Shown here piece by piece: positions 45,353-54,695 of a stretch of 54,695 nt of DNA. The position numbers and the translations under genes were made by a program. The notes under the pieces are model-generated. The model did no database searches and was not told the DNA's origin. It was given only the letters and a program-made list of their open reading frames with translations. The DNA is taken from the IMG/VR virus record IMGVR_UViG_3300009124_000017, positions 1 to 54,695 of that record. One strand, written 5' to 3'. The DNA comes from a virus. Lineage: Duplodnaviria; Caudoviricetes. Within the stretch, counting starts at the first letter, position 1. Every line of letters starts with the position of its first letter.

Positions 45353-45378
45353 AAAAAAGGGGGTCGTTTGACCCCCCC
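45353..45378 (-). terminator. Intrinsic terminator after psbD
   Basis: GGGGGTC-AAAC-GACCCCC followed by T6. Confidence 0.75.
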
Positions 45379-45384
45379 ATTATA

Positions 45385-46440
45385 TCATAGAGCATTGCCT
45401 CTTGGCAACACTTCTTCAGGGAACACAAAGTTCTCATGTGGTTGATCGACTGGTGCCATCCAGGCACGTAGACCTTCATTCAATAGGATGTTCTTGGTAT
45501 AGAACGTCTCGAACTCAGGATCCTCTGCTGCTCTCACCTCCTGACTTACAAAGTCATAAGCACGAAGGTTAAGAGCAAGACCAATAATGCCAATGGAAGA
45601 GGTCCAAAGACCCATAACAGGAACAAAGAGCATGAAGAAATGAAGCCAACGCTTATTGCTAAACGCAATTCCGAAGATCTGTGACCAGAATCTGTTCGCA
45701 GTGACCATCGAATAGGTTTCTTCTTCTTGCGTCGTATCGAATGCTTTGAATGTGTTTGCTTGTTCGCCATCTTCATAAAGAGTATTTTCTACAGTAACAC
45801 CATGAATTGCTGACAGCAGAGCACCACCAAGGATACCTGCTACACCCATCATGTGGAATGGATTCAACGTCCAGTTGTGGAATCCTTGTAGGAAGAGTAG
45901 GAATCTGAAGATTGCTGCGACACCAAAACTGGGAGCAAAGAACCAGGACGATTGTCCCAGAGGATAGATAAGAAATACGCTGACAAACACAGCGATAGGA
46001 CCAGAGAAAGCAATAGCATTGTACGGACGGATACCTACTAAACGACTAATTTCAAATTGGCGAAGCATGAAACCTATGAGAGCAAAGGCTCCGTGGAGCG
46101 CCACAAAATTCCAGAGTCCCCCAAGTTGGAACCAGCGGACGAGATCTCCTTGAGACTCAGGACCCCAAAGTAGAAGAAGAGAATGACCCATAGCGTCAGC
46201 AGGAGTTGACACTGCTGCCGTGAGAAAATTAGCACCCTCAAGATAAGAAGACGCCAACCCGTGGGTATACCAGCTTGTAACAAACGTCGTGCCAGTAAGC
46301 CAGCCACCAATTGCCATATAAGCAGTGGGAAAAAGAAGTAGTCCAGACCAGCCCACAAAGACAAAGCGGTCGCGTTTAAGCCAGTCATCCAAGACATCGA
46401 ACCATCCTCTCTGCGGGGGTGAAAGTGTTGAAGCAGTCAT
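45385..46440 (-). CDS. psbD: Photosystem II D2 protein
   Basis: [16 protein letters not shown]...[10 protein letters not shown]. Confidence 0.99.
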   Translation of the reverse strand: MTASTLSPPQRGWFDVLDDWLKRDRFVFVGWSGLLLFPTAYMAIGGWLTGTTFVTSWYTHGLASSYLEGANFLTAAVSTPADAMGHSLLLLWGPESQGDLVRWFQLGGLWNFVALHGAFALIGFMLRQFEISRLVGIRPYNAIAFSGPIAVFVSVFLIYPLGQSSWFFAPSFGVAAIFRFLLFLQGFHNWTLNPFHMMGVAGILGGALLSAIHGVTVENTLYEDGEQANTFKAFDTTQEEETYSMVTANRFWSQIFGIAFSNKRWLHFFMLFVPVMGLWTSSIGIIGLALNLRAYDFVSQEVRAAEDPEFETFYTKNILLNEGLRAWMAPVDQPHENFVFPEEVLPRGNAL

Positions 46441-46443
46441 TAA

Positions 46444-46734
46444 TTATACTCCATATTTGTCGAAAGTTTTTCTAATGTTCTGTGTGATCTGCATACCTCC
46501 CGTGAAAGATTCTAACATCTCACCAGCATCATCTGTGACAATGAGAACTGGAGTAGCAGTAACCTTATACTGTTTTGCAAGTGCAAGGTTTTCTTCTGGA
46601 ATAGGAATATCACTAAAGTCTTCAAGGTCAACCTTTTCAATTAGAGATGTACGTTCATCCTTAATAGACTTCATGTATTTGTCTACAAGAGCACAAGGAC
46701 CACAAGATTGCTTAGAGAATAATAGAAATTTCAT
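46444..46734 (-). CDS. Thioredoxin-like protein
   Basis: CGPC active site; V.ATPVLIV. Confidence 0.85.
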   Translation of the reverse strand: MKFLLFSKQSCGPCALVDKYMKSIKDERTSLIEKVDLEDFSDIPIPEENLALAKQYKVTATPVLIVTDDAGEMLESFTGGMQITQNIRKTFDKYGV

Positions 46735-46749
46735 TGGTATACATTCGTA

Positions 46750-46775
46750 AAGTTTTGTAAACTTTCCTTATTTAG
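46750..46775 (-). promoter_or_regulatory. Late-promoter-like CTAAATA plus HLR1-like direct repeat upstream of trx-psbD
   Basis: CCTAAATAAGGAAAG-TTTACAAA-AC-TTTACGAA. Confidence 0.45.
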
Positions 46776-46779
46776 GATA

Positions 46780-47535
46780 TCATCCTTGAAGGAATTTGTC
46801 AAGGGGAGCGTGCTTTGCAATTCTAAGTTCTGCAGTTTCACAGTAAGACTTGCTCATGTCAATGCCAATGTATTTTCTCCCAAGTTTATGTGCAACATAG
46901 GTGGTGGTGCCTGCTCCATTAAAAGGATCAAGAACCACGTCACCCTTGTAAGAAAATAGTTTCAAGCAACGCTCTACTAATTCTTCGGGAAACATTGCTG
47001 GGTGTCCATAGTCTTTCATCTTAGTCTCTGGTGCCATAGACCAGTGACCATTGACATACTTAATGAATTCATCTTTAGTAATGTCAATGTCTTCTTTGTT
47101 TCCAGGATGCTTGAGAGTATCTTTACTGAAAACTTCAATGAACTCAAATGGATACGATAGATATGGACATGATGGTGACTTCCAACTACCCCATGCTGTG
47201 AGCTTTCGGAGATTATTCTTCAACCAAATAATCTCTCCTCTCCAGATCATACCTTCACCAATCATTCTCTGGGTGATCTTGTGATGAGTAGGGAAGTATT
47301 GTTTATAGTTGGGTTGGATGTTGATAATAAGTCTGCCACCAGACTTCAACACACGCTTACACTCAACAAAGACTGCAAGAATTTTCTCAAGATATTCATC
47401 AGCATCACCATCATCATCGTGAGTATCATACTCCATACCATAGTTGTATGGAGGTGAAGTCAAAACAATATCAACAGACTCATCGTCCATTTCTTTCAGT
47501 GCAACGAGAGAATCTGAACAGATGATCTCATTCAT
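46780..47535 (-). CDS. Site-specific DNA methyltransferase (beta class, likely N4-cytosine)
   Basis: Motif IV TSPPY, HPAMFP, motif I DPFNGAGTT, in order IV then I. Confidence 0.93.
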   Translation of the reverse strand: MNEIICSDSLVALKEMDDESVDIVLTSPPYNYGMEYDTHDDDGDADEYLEKILAVFVECKRVLKSGGRLIINIQPNYKQYFPTHHKITQRMIGEGMIWRGEIIWLKNNLRKLTAWGSWKSPSCPYLSYPFEFIEVFSKDTLKHPGNKEDIDITKDEFIKYVNGHWSMAPETKMKDYGHPAMFPEELVERCLKLFSYKGDVVLDPFNGAGTTTYVAHKLGRKYIGIDMSKSYCETAELRIAKHAPLDKFLQG

Positions 47536-48050
47536 ACAATCTTAACTCCTTTAGATCCATTAGTATAGTAGATGATGCGATAAGGAATAGTTTCCTTGCC
47601 AGCATTGATAGTCTTCTTATAAGTGTTCGGTTTGATTGAGACTGGTTCGTCACCAATGAAACCATCAATGCCTTTTGCTTCTTCCTCTACGTTAGCAAGA
47701 CGATAAGACTTACCAGCAGCACACAATTTTAGCACATCGAGTTGAATTTGCAACCCTGAGTGAGTCTTATTGATGATAAGATCTTTGGTCCATGCACGAA
47801 CATCATCTTTAGTAAGTTCGTTAAGGTTCTCTTTCATAGCAAGGACACATTCCCAGATCTTATCTGCTGCAGCATCAATCTTATCATCACCATCATAGAA
47901 CTTCTCCCAGTCATTAACTTCATGACTGGCACACTGATCTCTAAACTGCTGAATCAATTCACTCATCTGACCCACATGTTTAGGTCTGGTTGCCTGCGAA
48001 AAACTGTTAGCAAGGTTGATGACGGATCCAATGTATTTGAGAAGTGCCAT
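47532..48050 (-). CDS. MjaI-family type II restriction endonuclease
   Basis: QATRPKHVGQMSELIQQF..W...LIINKT..G...YRLA..EEEAKGIDGFIGD.PVSIKP.TY; ATGA-coupled to the methyltransferase. Confidence 0.75.
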   Translation of the reverse strand: MALLKYIGSVINLANSFSQATRPKHVGQMSELIQQFRDQCASHEVNDWEKFYDGDDKIDAAADKIWECVLAMKENLNELTKDDVRAWTKDLIINKTHSGLQIQLDVLKLCAAGKSYRLANVEEEAKGIDGFIGDEPVSIKPNTYKKTINAGKETIPYRIIYYTNGSKGVKIV

Positions 48051-48071
48051 GCTTGGTTGTTAACTGAAGTT

Positions 48072-48104
48072 ATTATAGCATAAAAAAGGACCCCAGTGGG
48101 GTCC
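48072..48104 (-). terminator. psbA terminator fused to the extended -10 promoter (TGCTATAAT) of the R-M pair
   Basis: GGACCCC-ACT-GGGGTCC-TTTTTT-ATGCTATAAT. Confidence 0.75.
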
Positions 48105-48128
48105 TTGTGTCAGTTATTCAGTTGGATA

Positions 48129-49211
48129 TCAACCGATAGCAGGTGCGGTGAGAGCAACAGGAGTGCTTTCAGCAGCAGCAAGGTCGAGGGGGAAGTTGTG
48201 AGCATTGCGCTCGTGCATCACTTCCATGCCAAGACCAGCACGGTTGAGAACGTCTGCCCAGGTGTTCAGGACTTTGCCCTGACTATCCATGATGGACTGG
48301 TTGAAGTTGAAACCGTTGAGGTTGAATGCCATGGTGCTAACACCAAGAGCAGTGAACCAGATACCGACAACAGGCCATGCTGCGAGGAAGAAGTGCAGCG
48401 AACGGGAGTTGTTGAAGGAAGCGTATTGGAAGATCAGGCGACCGAAGTAACCGTGAGCAGCAACGATGTTGTAGGTCTCTTCTTCTTGACCGAACTTGTA
48501 ACCATAGTTCTGGGACTCAGACTCAGTGGTTTCACGAACCAGCGAGGAAGTAACCAGAGAACCGTGCATCGCACTGAACAGAGAACCACCGAACACGCCA
48601 GCAACGCCGAGCATGTGGAAGGGGTGCATCAGAATGTTGTGCTCTGCTTGGAAGACAAGCATATAGTTGAAGGTGCCACTAATACCCAGGGGCATAGCAT
48701 CGGAGAACGAACCTTGACCGAAAGGATAGACCAGGAAGACAGCAGATGCTGCTGCAACAGGAGCTGAATATGCAACACAGATCCAGGGGCGCATACCCAG
48801 GCGGTAAGAAAGTTCCCACTCACGTCCCATGTAAGCATAGATGCCAATCAGGAAGTGGAAGATAACAAGTTGGAAAGGACCACCGTTATAGAGCCACTCA
48901 TCGAGAGAAGCAGCTTCCCAGATGGGATAGAAGTGCAGACCGATTGCGTTGGAAGAGGGCACAACAGCACCAGAGATGATGTTGTTGCCATACATGAGGG
49001 AACCAGCAACTGGTTCACGGATGCCGTCAATGTCCACAGGGGGAGCAGCAATGAAGGCAACAATGAAACAGATAGTAGCAGCAAGGAGGCAAGGAATCAT
49101 GAGGACCCCGAACCAACCAACATAAAGACGGTTGTCAGTGCTGGTTACCCAGTTACAAAACTGTTCCCATTGAGAAGTATTCTGTTGTTGTGAAAGAGTA
49201 GATGAAGCCAT
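48129..49211 (-). CDS. psbA: Photosystem II D1 protein (intronless, E130-type, with C-terminal extension)
   Basis: [44 protein letters not shown]; start MASSTL. Confidence 0.99.
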   Translation of the reverse strand: MASSTLSQQQNTSQWEQFCNWVTSTDNRLYVGWFGVLMIPCLLAATICFIVAFIAAPPVDIDGIREPVAGSLMYGNNIISGAVVPSSNAIGLHFYPIWEAASLDEWLYNGGPFQLVIFHFLIGIYAYMGREWELSYRLGMRPWICVAYSAPVAAASAVFLVYPFGQGSFSDAMPLGISGTFNYMLVFQAEHNILMHPFHMLGVAGVFGGSLFSAMHGSLVTSSLVRETTESESQNYGYKFGQEEETYNIVAAHGYFGRLIFQYASFNNSRSLHFFLAAWPVVGIWFTALGVSTMAFNLNGFNFNQSIMDSQGKVLNTWADVLNRAGLGMEVMHERNAHNFPLDLAAAESTPVALTAPAIG

Positions 49212-49224
49212 TGTTTTGAACAAA

Positions 49225-49322
49225 AAAGTAAGACCATCAGGGACATGGTGGAGTTACTATTTCCCAAGACCCCTCGCCTTGGGATATGAGAGACGTGATT
49301 TAGACACCCTATAGGTCTCGGT
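49225..49322 (-). ncRNA. PhotoRC-II-like structured RNA in the psbA leader
   Basis: CCGAGACCTATAGGGTGTCTAAATCACGTCTC..TCCCAAGG/TCTTGGGA stem..AGTAA..ACCAT/ATGGT..TTACT; position upstream of a phage psbA. Confidence 0.7.
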
Positions 49323-49378
49323 TTGGGGTGTGGTGAGACATGTTACAAACTCGTTAAAGTTCGTTACATTGCTTCATA

Positions 49379-49412
49379 TATTTATTGTAGCATGGTTCGG
49401 TTTCCCCGTCAA
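49379..49412 (-). promoter_or_regulatory. Dual psbA promoter: TTGACG-N17-TACAAT (TGn extended) overlapped by late ATAAATA
   Basis: TTGACGGGGAAACCGAACCATGCTACAATAAATA. Confidence 0.75.
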
Positions 49413-49535
49413 CCCCCAAAATTTAAGCATTTTTACTCATTTGAGGCGGTGTCTCTCGAACACTCCGTTATTATAGCAGATCCAGAAAGCAACCGTGGAC
49501 CCCTGTGACAGTTGTTTGAGTGTCCTCTCCGCTCC

Positions 49536-49543
49536 TATAAATA
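49536..49543 (+). promoter_or_regulatory. Late promoter TATAAATA
   Basis: Exact consensus 34 nt upstream of the ORF at 49578. Confidence 0.8.
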
Positions 49544-49577
49544 ACCATAGAAATAAAAGCAATCTCGGCAGAGTGTA

Positions 49578-52500
49578 ATGGCAGATCGTTTTCCACTTAT
49601 TGTTAATGCGAGTTCAAGGAAGATTGAAGAACTTGTAGCAGGTGACAATTTAGATCTTACTGGCAATGGTATTGTCATCAATGGCGATGTAGGTGATGGA
49701 AAATATCTAAAGAGTGATGGAGGATTTGCAATCTGGGACAATCCTGGTGATGTATATTTAACTGCTACTCAAACAGTTACCAACAAAGTATTTGAAACCT
49801 GTACCCTCTCAGGCACACTTAATACTATAACAAACATTCCAAATACTTCCTTAGTAAATCCTGGTATCACTATTAATGGTTCTACAGTTGCATTAGGAGC
49901 ATCGATAACTACTCCAAATGATAATACAACTTATGAAATTAATGCTGTAGATGGTCTAACTGATGCACAAAAAATTATTAGATTAACAGATAGTTCTTCA
50001 AACACAGATGATGTTACTTTTTCTGTAGGAACACCTGCAACTATTCCAACAGGATCAAATGCTCTAAGTTTATTTTTAACCAGAAATGGTGACAATATTA
50101 CATTATCTGGTCACGTAATTGATAATAATACTGTCACCACAGTTCAATCTTTTAGTGGAGGCACTGCTCAGTCTGGAGCAATTATCTTAAAAGGATCTGG
50201 CGGTGCTACAATCACTCAAGATGTTCAAACAAAAACTATTCAAATTGATACCAGAAACGATGACACCATTACTCAGTTAAGAACTGGTCTTGCTGGTGTG
50301 TATGCTGATGGAGATTTTACCTTCCTACAGGGAGGAGCAACCACAGTATCCCAAGCAGCAAATGGAACTACAGGCGATCCAGAAATTACCATCAGTTCTA
50401 CAGATACTGTAACCAGAGTAAGAGGTGGATCTACTTCATCATTCCTACCATCTACTACAGGAACTGCTAACACCGACGTAACATTTATTGGCGGTTCACA
50501 TAGAGATAGTTCTGTCTCTGTTGTTCAGAATGGAAATAACATTGAGATCGATGCTTTCAATACCGATACTGTAACTAAAATTGGATCTGTAGCTTCTAAT
50601 GGTACGTTTGCTGTACAGTCAGGTGACTTTAGATTTACTTCTTCAGGTGATGCTGAACTAACTCAAACCACAAACGGTGGTGTCACTGAAATTGATATCA
50701 GTTTCACTAACACTGATACTGGTGCTGGTCTTGGTGCTGCTAACGGTATCATCCTAAACAGCGGAAACTTTGAACTTAAAAATGCTGGAGCACTAACAGA
50801 CCAGAAATTGGTGAAGTGGGACTCTGCTAATGCTCAGTTAGTTAATAGCTTAGTAGAAGATAACGGAACAACAGTTACTATTGCTGGTAACTTGAACGTC
50901 ACAGGAACCACAACCACGTTCGACAGCACTGTTTTGAAGGTGGCAGATCCTATCATTGAATTGAGAAAAGGAGCAAGTCTAACTGGTGCTGATGGTGGTA
51001 TCCAAATCAACAGAACAACAACTGCTGATAGCGTTGTTTCGCAATGGATTCAACTACAATGGTATGAAACTGGTGGATATTTTAGAACTTTAGATAACAG
51101 TGGTGTTGCTAAAAGATTAGTAACAGAATCCGACGAACAAACACTAACAAACAAAACTTTAGAGAGTGCTACCTTTACTGGTACTTCTGCTCTTGGTGTT
51201 GCTACTGCCACGACTATTAATGGTCTGGCAATCAGTCAAACGATTAGTTCTACATTAGATTTTGCTGATCAAAAAACATTAACAGTCAATAACACACTAA
51301 CATTTAATGCGACTGATGGTGCAGTAATCAACTTTAGTGCTGGTGGTGGTACTGGTGCTTTGGTTGCATACAACTCATTTAACTTAGGTCAATTTGCTAC
51401 AACAACTTCTGTTCAACTTAGAGGAACAATTAGTGACCCAACAGGTAGTGGACAATTAGTATTCAATACTACCCCAACTATCTCTACTGCTATCAACACA
51501 AGTGATGCTTCATTCTCGGTATTTAATATTAATGCTCAAACTATTAATGCTTTTGGTGCTGCTACTTCTCTCAATCTTGGTGCTGCCACAGGTACAACAC
51601 TTATTAAAAATAGTTTAGATGTTAACGGTGATGTAGTTTTAAATACGAATGATACAGATACATTTGTTGTCGAAGGTATTCCAAACTTCGACAAAAACGA
51701 TATTACTATTCGTGGAACCAGCACCAACCCAATGACAATTGGTAGAGGTAATGGAGGAGTTTCAACTAACACTGCTATTGGACACGAAGTTTTAGGATCA
51801 AACCAAAGTGGATCTCAAAACACTGGTGTTGGATTTGAAGCATTAGGACTAAACGTTTCTGGTCTCGGTAACTGTGCCTTTGGTGATGGAGCACTGGTAT
51901 CTAATGATGTTGGAAACAACAACGTTGCCATGGGTAAGAATGCTGCTCTAACAAACACTGGAGGAGATCATAACGTAGCAATTGGTAATGATAGTTTATA
52001 CTCAGCAAACACTGGAAACGATAACGTTTGTATCGGTGCATTTGCTGGTTACAATATGACTGGCAGCGGTAACGTTCTTATTGGTAGTGGCAGACCAATT
52101 GGCGATCCTGCTATTGCTGGTGCTACATACCAACCTCCTTCTGTTGGCGGTAGTGTTCAGTTAGTAATTGGTAGCACTACAGAAGTTTCAGGATCAAGAG
52201 TATCTGGTACATGGATTAAGGGTGACAATCAATTCAATGTCACCATGGAGAACAATGTTTCTGTTGGTGGAGAACTAACAGTTGATGGTAACCTTACTGT
52301 TAATGGTACAACCACAACTATTAACGTACAAACAATTCAAATTGATGATAATGCTCTTGAGTTAGCAGCAGTACAACTTGCTCAATTTGGTGGTAATGTC
52401 ACCAACGGAAGTCCATTTGTCACTAACGTACAGTCACTGACTGGTGTCGTTCCTGGTATGGAGGTTCAAGTTGTTTCTGGTACTTCACTGCCAGCAGGAA

Positions 52501-53240
52501 CGACAAGAGTTGTAAGTGTCGATACTGCCCAGGGAATCGTTGAACTCTCTCAAAACATCACTGGTTCTGGTGGTACTGGTGTATTCGAAGCACTCGGACC
52601 AACAGATGAGGCAGCTAATGGTGGTGGATTGATTCTGAAAGGAACAACTGTAGATAAAACAATCCTATACGATAACAACAGAGCAAATAAGTATTGGACA
52701 TTCTCAGAAAACATTGAGATCAAAAACAACAGACACATTGCTATCAATGGTGTTGAACTACTCACTGGTACTACACTTGGAACAACTGTTGTCAACTCTT
52801 CACTGACATCTGTTGGTACTCTTCAATCTCTTGCTGTTACTGGTGCTGCATCATTTGGTGGTCGCATCAAAGAAAGCAATGACAATGCATTTGACACTAT
52901 TCTATCACCAAATGCTGGTGTCCTTACAATTAATACTGCTACTTCTAACACTATATGTGGAGCACCAACAGCAAACTCTATTAACACATGGGCATTCACT
53001 AATGTCAATCTAAATAATGGTGAGACACTAACTGTTACTCTTGTATTAGATTCAAATACAAGTGCTTTGTACGGAGACGATTGTACTGTTGACGGTAACA
53101 CTATTACTAATGGTGTTAAGTGGTCTGGAGGTTCTCCACCACTACCCACAAATAATTATGACATTCTCACCTTTATCATTGTAAAGGATGGTGATGGAAC
53201 TATCCAAGTATTTGGTCAAGGTAACACAGACTTCAGCTAA
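49578..53240 (+). CDS. Tail-fibre-like virion protein with YadA-head-like repeats
   Basis: MADRFPLIVN start; NTAIG/NTGVG/NVAIG repeats; GNL.V.GTTTT trimeric-fibre motifs; late promoter. Confidence 0.8.
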   Translation: MADRFPLIVNASSRKIEELVAGDNLDLTGNGIVINGDVGDGKYLKSDGGFAIWDNPGDVYLTATQTVTNKVFETCTLSGTLNTITNIPNTSLVNPGITINGSTVALGASITTPNDNTTYEINAVDGLTDAQKIIRLTDSSSNTDDVTFSVGTPATIPTGSNALSLFLTRNGDNITLSGHVIDNNTVTTVQSFSGGTAQSGAIILKGSGGATITQDVQTKTIQIDTRNDDTITQLRTGLAGVYADGDFTFLQGGATTVSQAANGTTGDPEITISSTDTVTRVRGGSTSSFLPSTTGTANTDVTFIGGSHRDSSVSVVQNGNNIEIDAFNTDTVTKIGSVASNGTFAVQSGDFRFTSSGDAELTQTTNGGVTEIDISFTNTDTGAGLGAANGIILNSGNFELKNAGALTDQKLVKWDSANAQLVNSLVEDNGTTVTIAGNLNVTGTTTTFDSTVLKVADPIIELRKGASLTGADGGIQINRTTTADSVVSQWIQLQWYETGGYFRTLDNSGVAKRLVTESDEQTLTNKTLESATFTGTSALGVATATTINGLAISQTISSTLDFADQKTLTVNNTLTFNATDGAVINFSAGGGTGALVAYNSFNLGQFATTTSVQLRGTISDPTGSGQLVFNTTPTISTAINTSDASFSVFNINAQTINAFGAATSLNLGAATGTTLIKNSLDVNGDVVLNTNDTDTFVVEGIPNFDKNDITIRGTSTNPMTIGRGNGGVSTNTAIGHEVLGSNQSGSQNTGVGFEALGLNVSGLGNCAFGDGALVSNDVGNNNVAMGKNAALTNTGGDHNVAIGNDSLYSANTGNDNVCIGAFAGYNMTGSGNVLIGSGRPIGDPAIAGATYQPPSVGGSVQLVIGSTTEVSGSRVSGTWIKGDNQFNVTMENNVSVGGELTVDGNLTVNGTTTTINVQTIQIDDNALELAAVQLAQFGGNVTNGSPFVTNVQSLTGVVPGMEVQVVSGTSLPAGTTRVVSVDTAQGIVELSQNITGSGGTGVFEALGPTDEAANGGGLILKGTTVDKTILYDNNRANKYWTFSENIEIKNNRHIAINGVELLTGTTLGTTVVNSSLTSVGTLQSLAVTGAASFGGRIKESNDNAFDTILSPNAGVLTINTATSNTICGAPTANSINTWAFTNVNLNNGETLTVTLVLDSNTSALYGDDCTVDGNTITNGVKWSGGSPPLPTNNYDILTFIIVKDGDGTIQVFGQGNTDFS

Positions 53241-53250
53241 GGAACGATAA

Positions 53251-54695
53251 ATGCCAGTAAGTTATAGCAGTCCCGCAAGAAATCTGTTCTTGTTAGGTAC
53301 TACAGGACAGGACGTAGTAACTAATTTCTTTGACAAAATTGACAGATCATCATCTGGATATTTTAGTTTTCTTCCTGTAGAAGTTATTAAAAATAATGTC
53401 GATGAAGAAATTCTCATTGGTTTGAATGCTGATGAAGTATCTCCATCTCAAAGAAATTTTGGTATCATTGAAAAAAGATTAGAGGATGGTACTCAAGAGT
53501 GGGAAACTTTTGTTTCTGCTACCGATCCTAATCAACAAGCATTTCTTCGAGACATTCATTTAGATAGTAACAATAATATTATTGCTTGTGGTGAGGCTGG
53601 TGGATTTCCTTGGATTGCTAAGTATTCTAATGGTGGTGTAATTGATTGGACTTCAACCTCATCAAGCGGAAGTGTTACATACAACGGAGTATCTTCTGAT
53701 AGCAGCGGACAATACTATGCCTGTGGCAACACACCAGAATCAGGAGAAGCACGAGCATTTGTAGAGAAGTTTGATGGCAGTGGTAATCCTGATTGGGGTA
53801 AGTCTGCTTTCATGTTAGGCAGAGATGTTGTCCTCAATGATATTGCTGTTAATGATAGAGGTCATGTAGTTGCTGTTGGTTATCTTGAAGACGATAGTGC
53901 AGACAAAGCATATATTATCAAGATTGATACTAACACTGGTGAAGTTCTATGGGACAGAACTTTATCAAAGTCTGTGGATGTTAGAGCACTTGCTATAACC
54001 ATCGACGATGCAGATGAAATTTATATTGCTGGTGTAAGTGGAACAGAAGATGTCGATACCGATGGTTTTGTCGTCAAATATACTGCCGAAGGTAATATGT
54101 TATGGCAATCAGAAACAGACATCGGTAGCACCACTAATGACTGGATTGTTTTCTCAGACATTGCTGTTGATAATTCTTCTAAGAAAGCATCTATAGGTGG
54201 ATATACTTCTGCTGGGGCAATTGTTATTTCAAGATATGAATCAGATGGAAGATTGTCATGGAGAAGAGAAGCATATCAAGTCACTGCTGGACATCAATAT
54301 ACTTCCATTGATGTAGATCAATCATTTACCTATTTCTTATTTGACGATGGACTTAATCAATATGATTACACTTTCGGAAAAGTAAGTGCAACTGGTAATG
54401 GTTTAGGTGACTTTGAATATAACAATGGAGACGGTTCAGGAATTCCAATTCAGTATGTTCCAACTACAAGTCAAAATGGAACTAATATCACAGAGAAAAT
54501 CGGTAAACTATCTGATGGTTCTGTAAGAAACGACACCAGCGATCTCATCACCTATCCATTCAACGCTAACAAACTACTCTTTGATGACCTTGCTACTCAG
54601 GTCTCTAACAAGAGAAGGCAGATGGATAGTGCTGATAGCTTTGAGTATAGTGGTAGTCCTGCTATTAGACCAGTAGATTTTCCTTCTCTCTACTT
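53251..54695 (+). CDS. Beta-propeller virion structural protein, truncated at the window edge
   Basis: Hand-translated and absent from the ORF track: MPVSYSSPARNLFLLG..., repeated D..(G)...ACG...(W/F)I.KY...G...W blades; frame runs to the window end. Confidence 0.8.
   Translation, partial: MPVSYSSPARNLFLLGTTGQDVVTNFFDKIDRSSSGYFSFLPVEVIKNNVDEEILIGLNADEVSPSQRNFGIIEKRLEDGTQEWETFVSATDPNQQAFLRDIHLDSNNNIIACGEAGGFPWIAKYSNGGVIDWTSTSSSGSVTYNGVSSDSSGQYYACGNTPESGEARAFVEKFDGSGNPDWGKSAFMLGRDVVLNDIAVNDRGHVVAVGYLEDDSADKAYIIKIDTNTGEVLWDRTLSKSVDVRALAITIDDADEIYIAGVSGTEDVDTDGFVVKYTAEGNMLWQSETDIGSTTNDWIVFSDIAVDNSSKKASIGGYTSAGAIVISRYESDGRLSWRREAYQVTAGHQYTSIDVDQSFTYFLFDDGLNQYDYTFGKVSATGNGLGDFEYNNGDGSGIPIQYVPTTSQNGTNITEKIGKLSDGSVRNDTSDLITYPFNANKLLFDDLATQVSNKRRQMDSADSFEYSGSPAIRPVDFPSLY

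Noticed and set aside
48096-48767. 223-aa antisense ORF to psbA (similar ones opposite gp32 and the M23 gene)
   Set aside because: Expected by-product of codon bias in the sense gene
48129-49211. Group I intron in psbA
   Set aside because: The reading frame is continuous and full length (360 aa)

Overview
This is a fragment of a T4-like cyanomyovirus genome, probably a marine Synechococcus phage. From left to right it holds: (1) minus-strand virion and tail-fibre genes, including two tandem paralogues that share a C-terminal module and a 4027-aa giant protein; (2) an accessory island with 10 tRNAs, two 2OG-Fe(II) oxygenases and the cpeT bilin lyase; (3) the baseplate/tail-hub cluster (split gp5, gp27-like, two paralogous hub/tape-measure-like peptidoglycan hydrolases, gp51, gp26, gp54-like, gp4, gp2, gp48, gp53); (4) replication and metabolism genes (gp32, gp33, exonuclease, phoH, thyX, speD, rnh, glutaredoxins); (5) psbA and psbD; (6) plus-strand tail-fibre genes. 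Four candidates stand out. The giant virion protein has five repeats resembling phycobiliprotein (globin-fold) subunits with both bilin-site-like cysteines, encoded about 1.6 kb from cpeT. An apparently complete MjaI-family type II restriction-modification pair sits between psbA and psbD. An NtcA box precedes tandem glutamine-riboswitch-like aptamers and a DUF4278-like gene, with a 53-aa ORF nested inside the second aptamer. A ~55-nt intergenic element occurs three times in the baseplate region. All calls come from motif recognition by eye; no searches were run.
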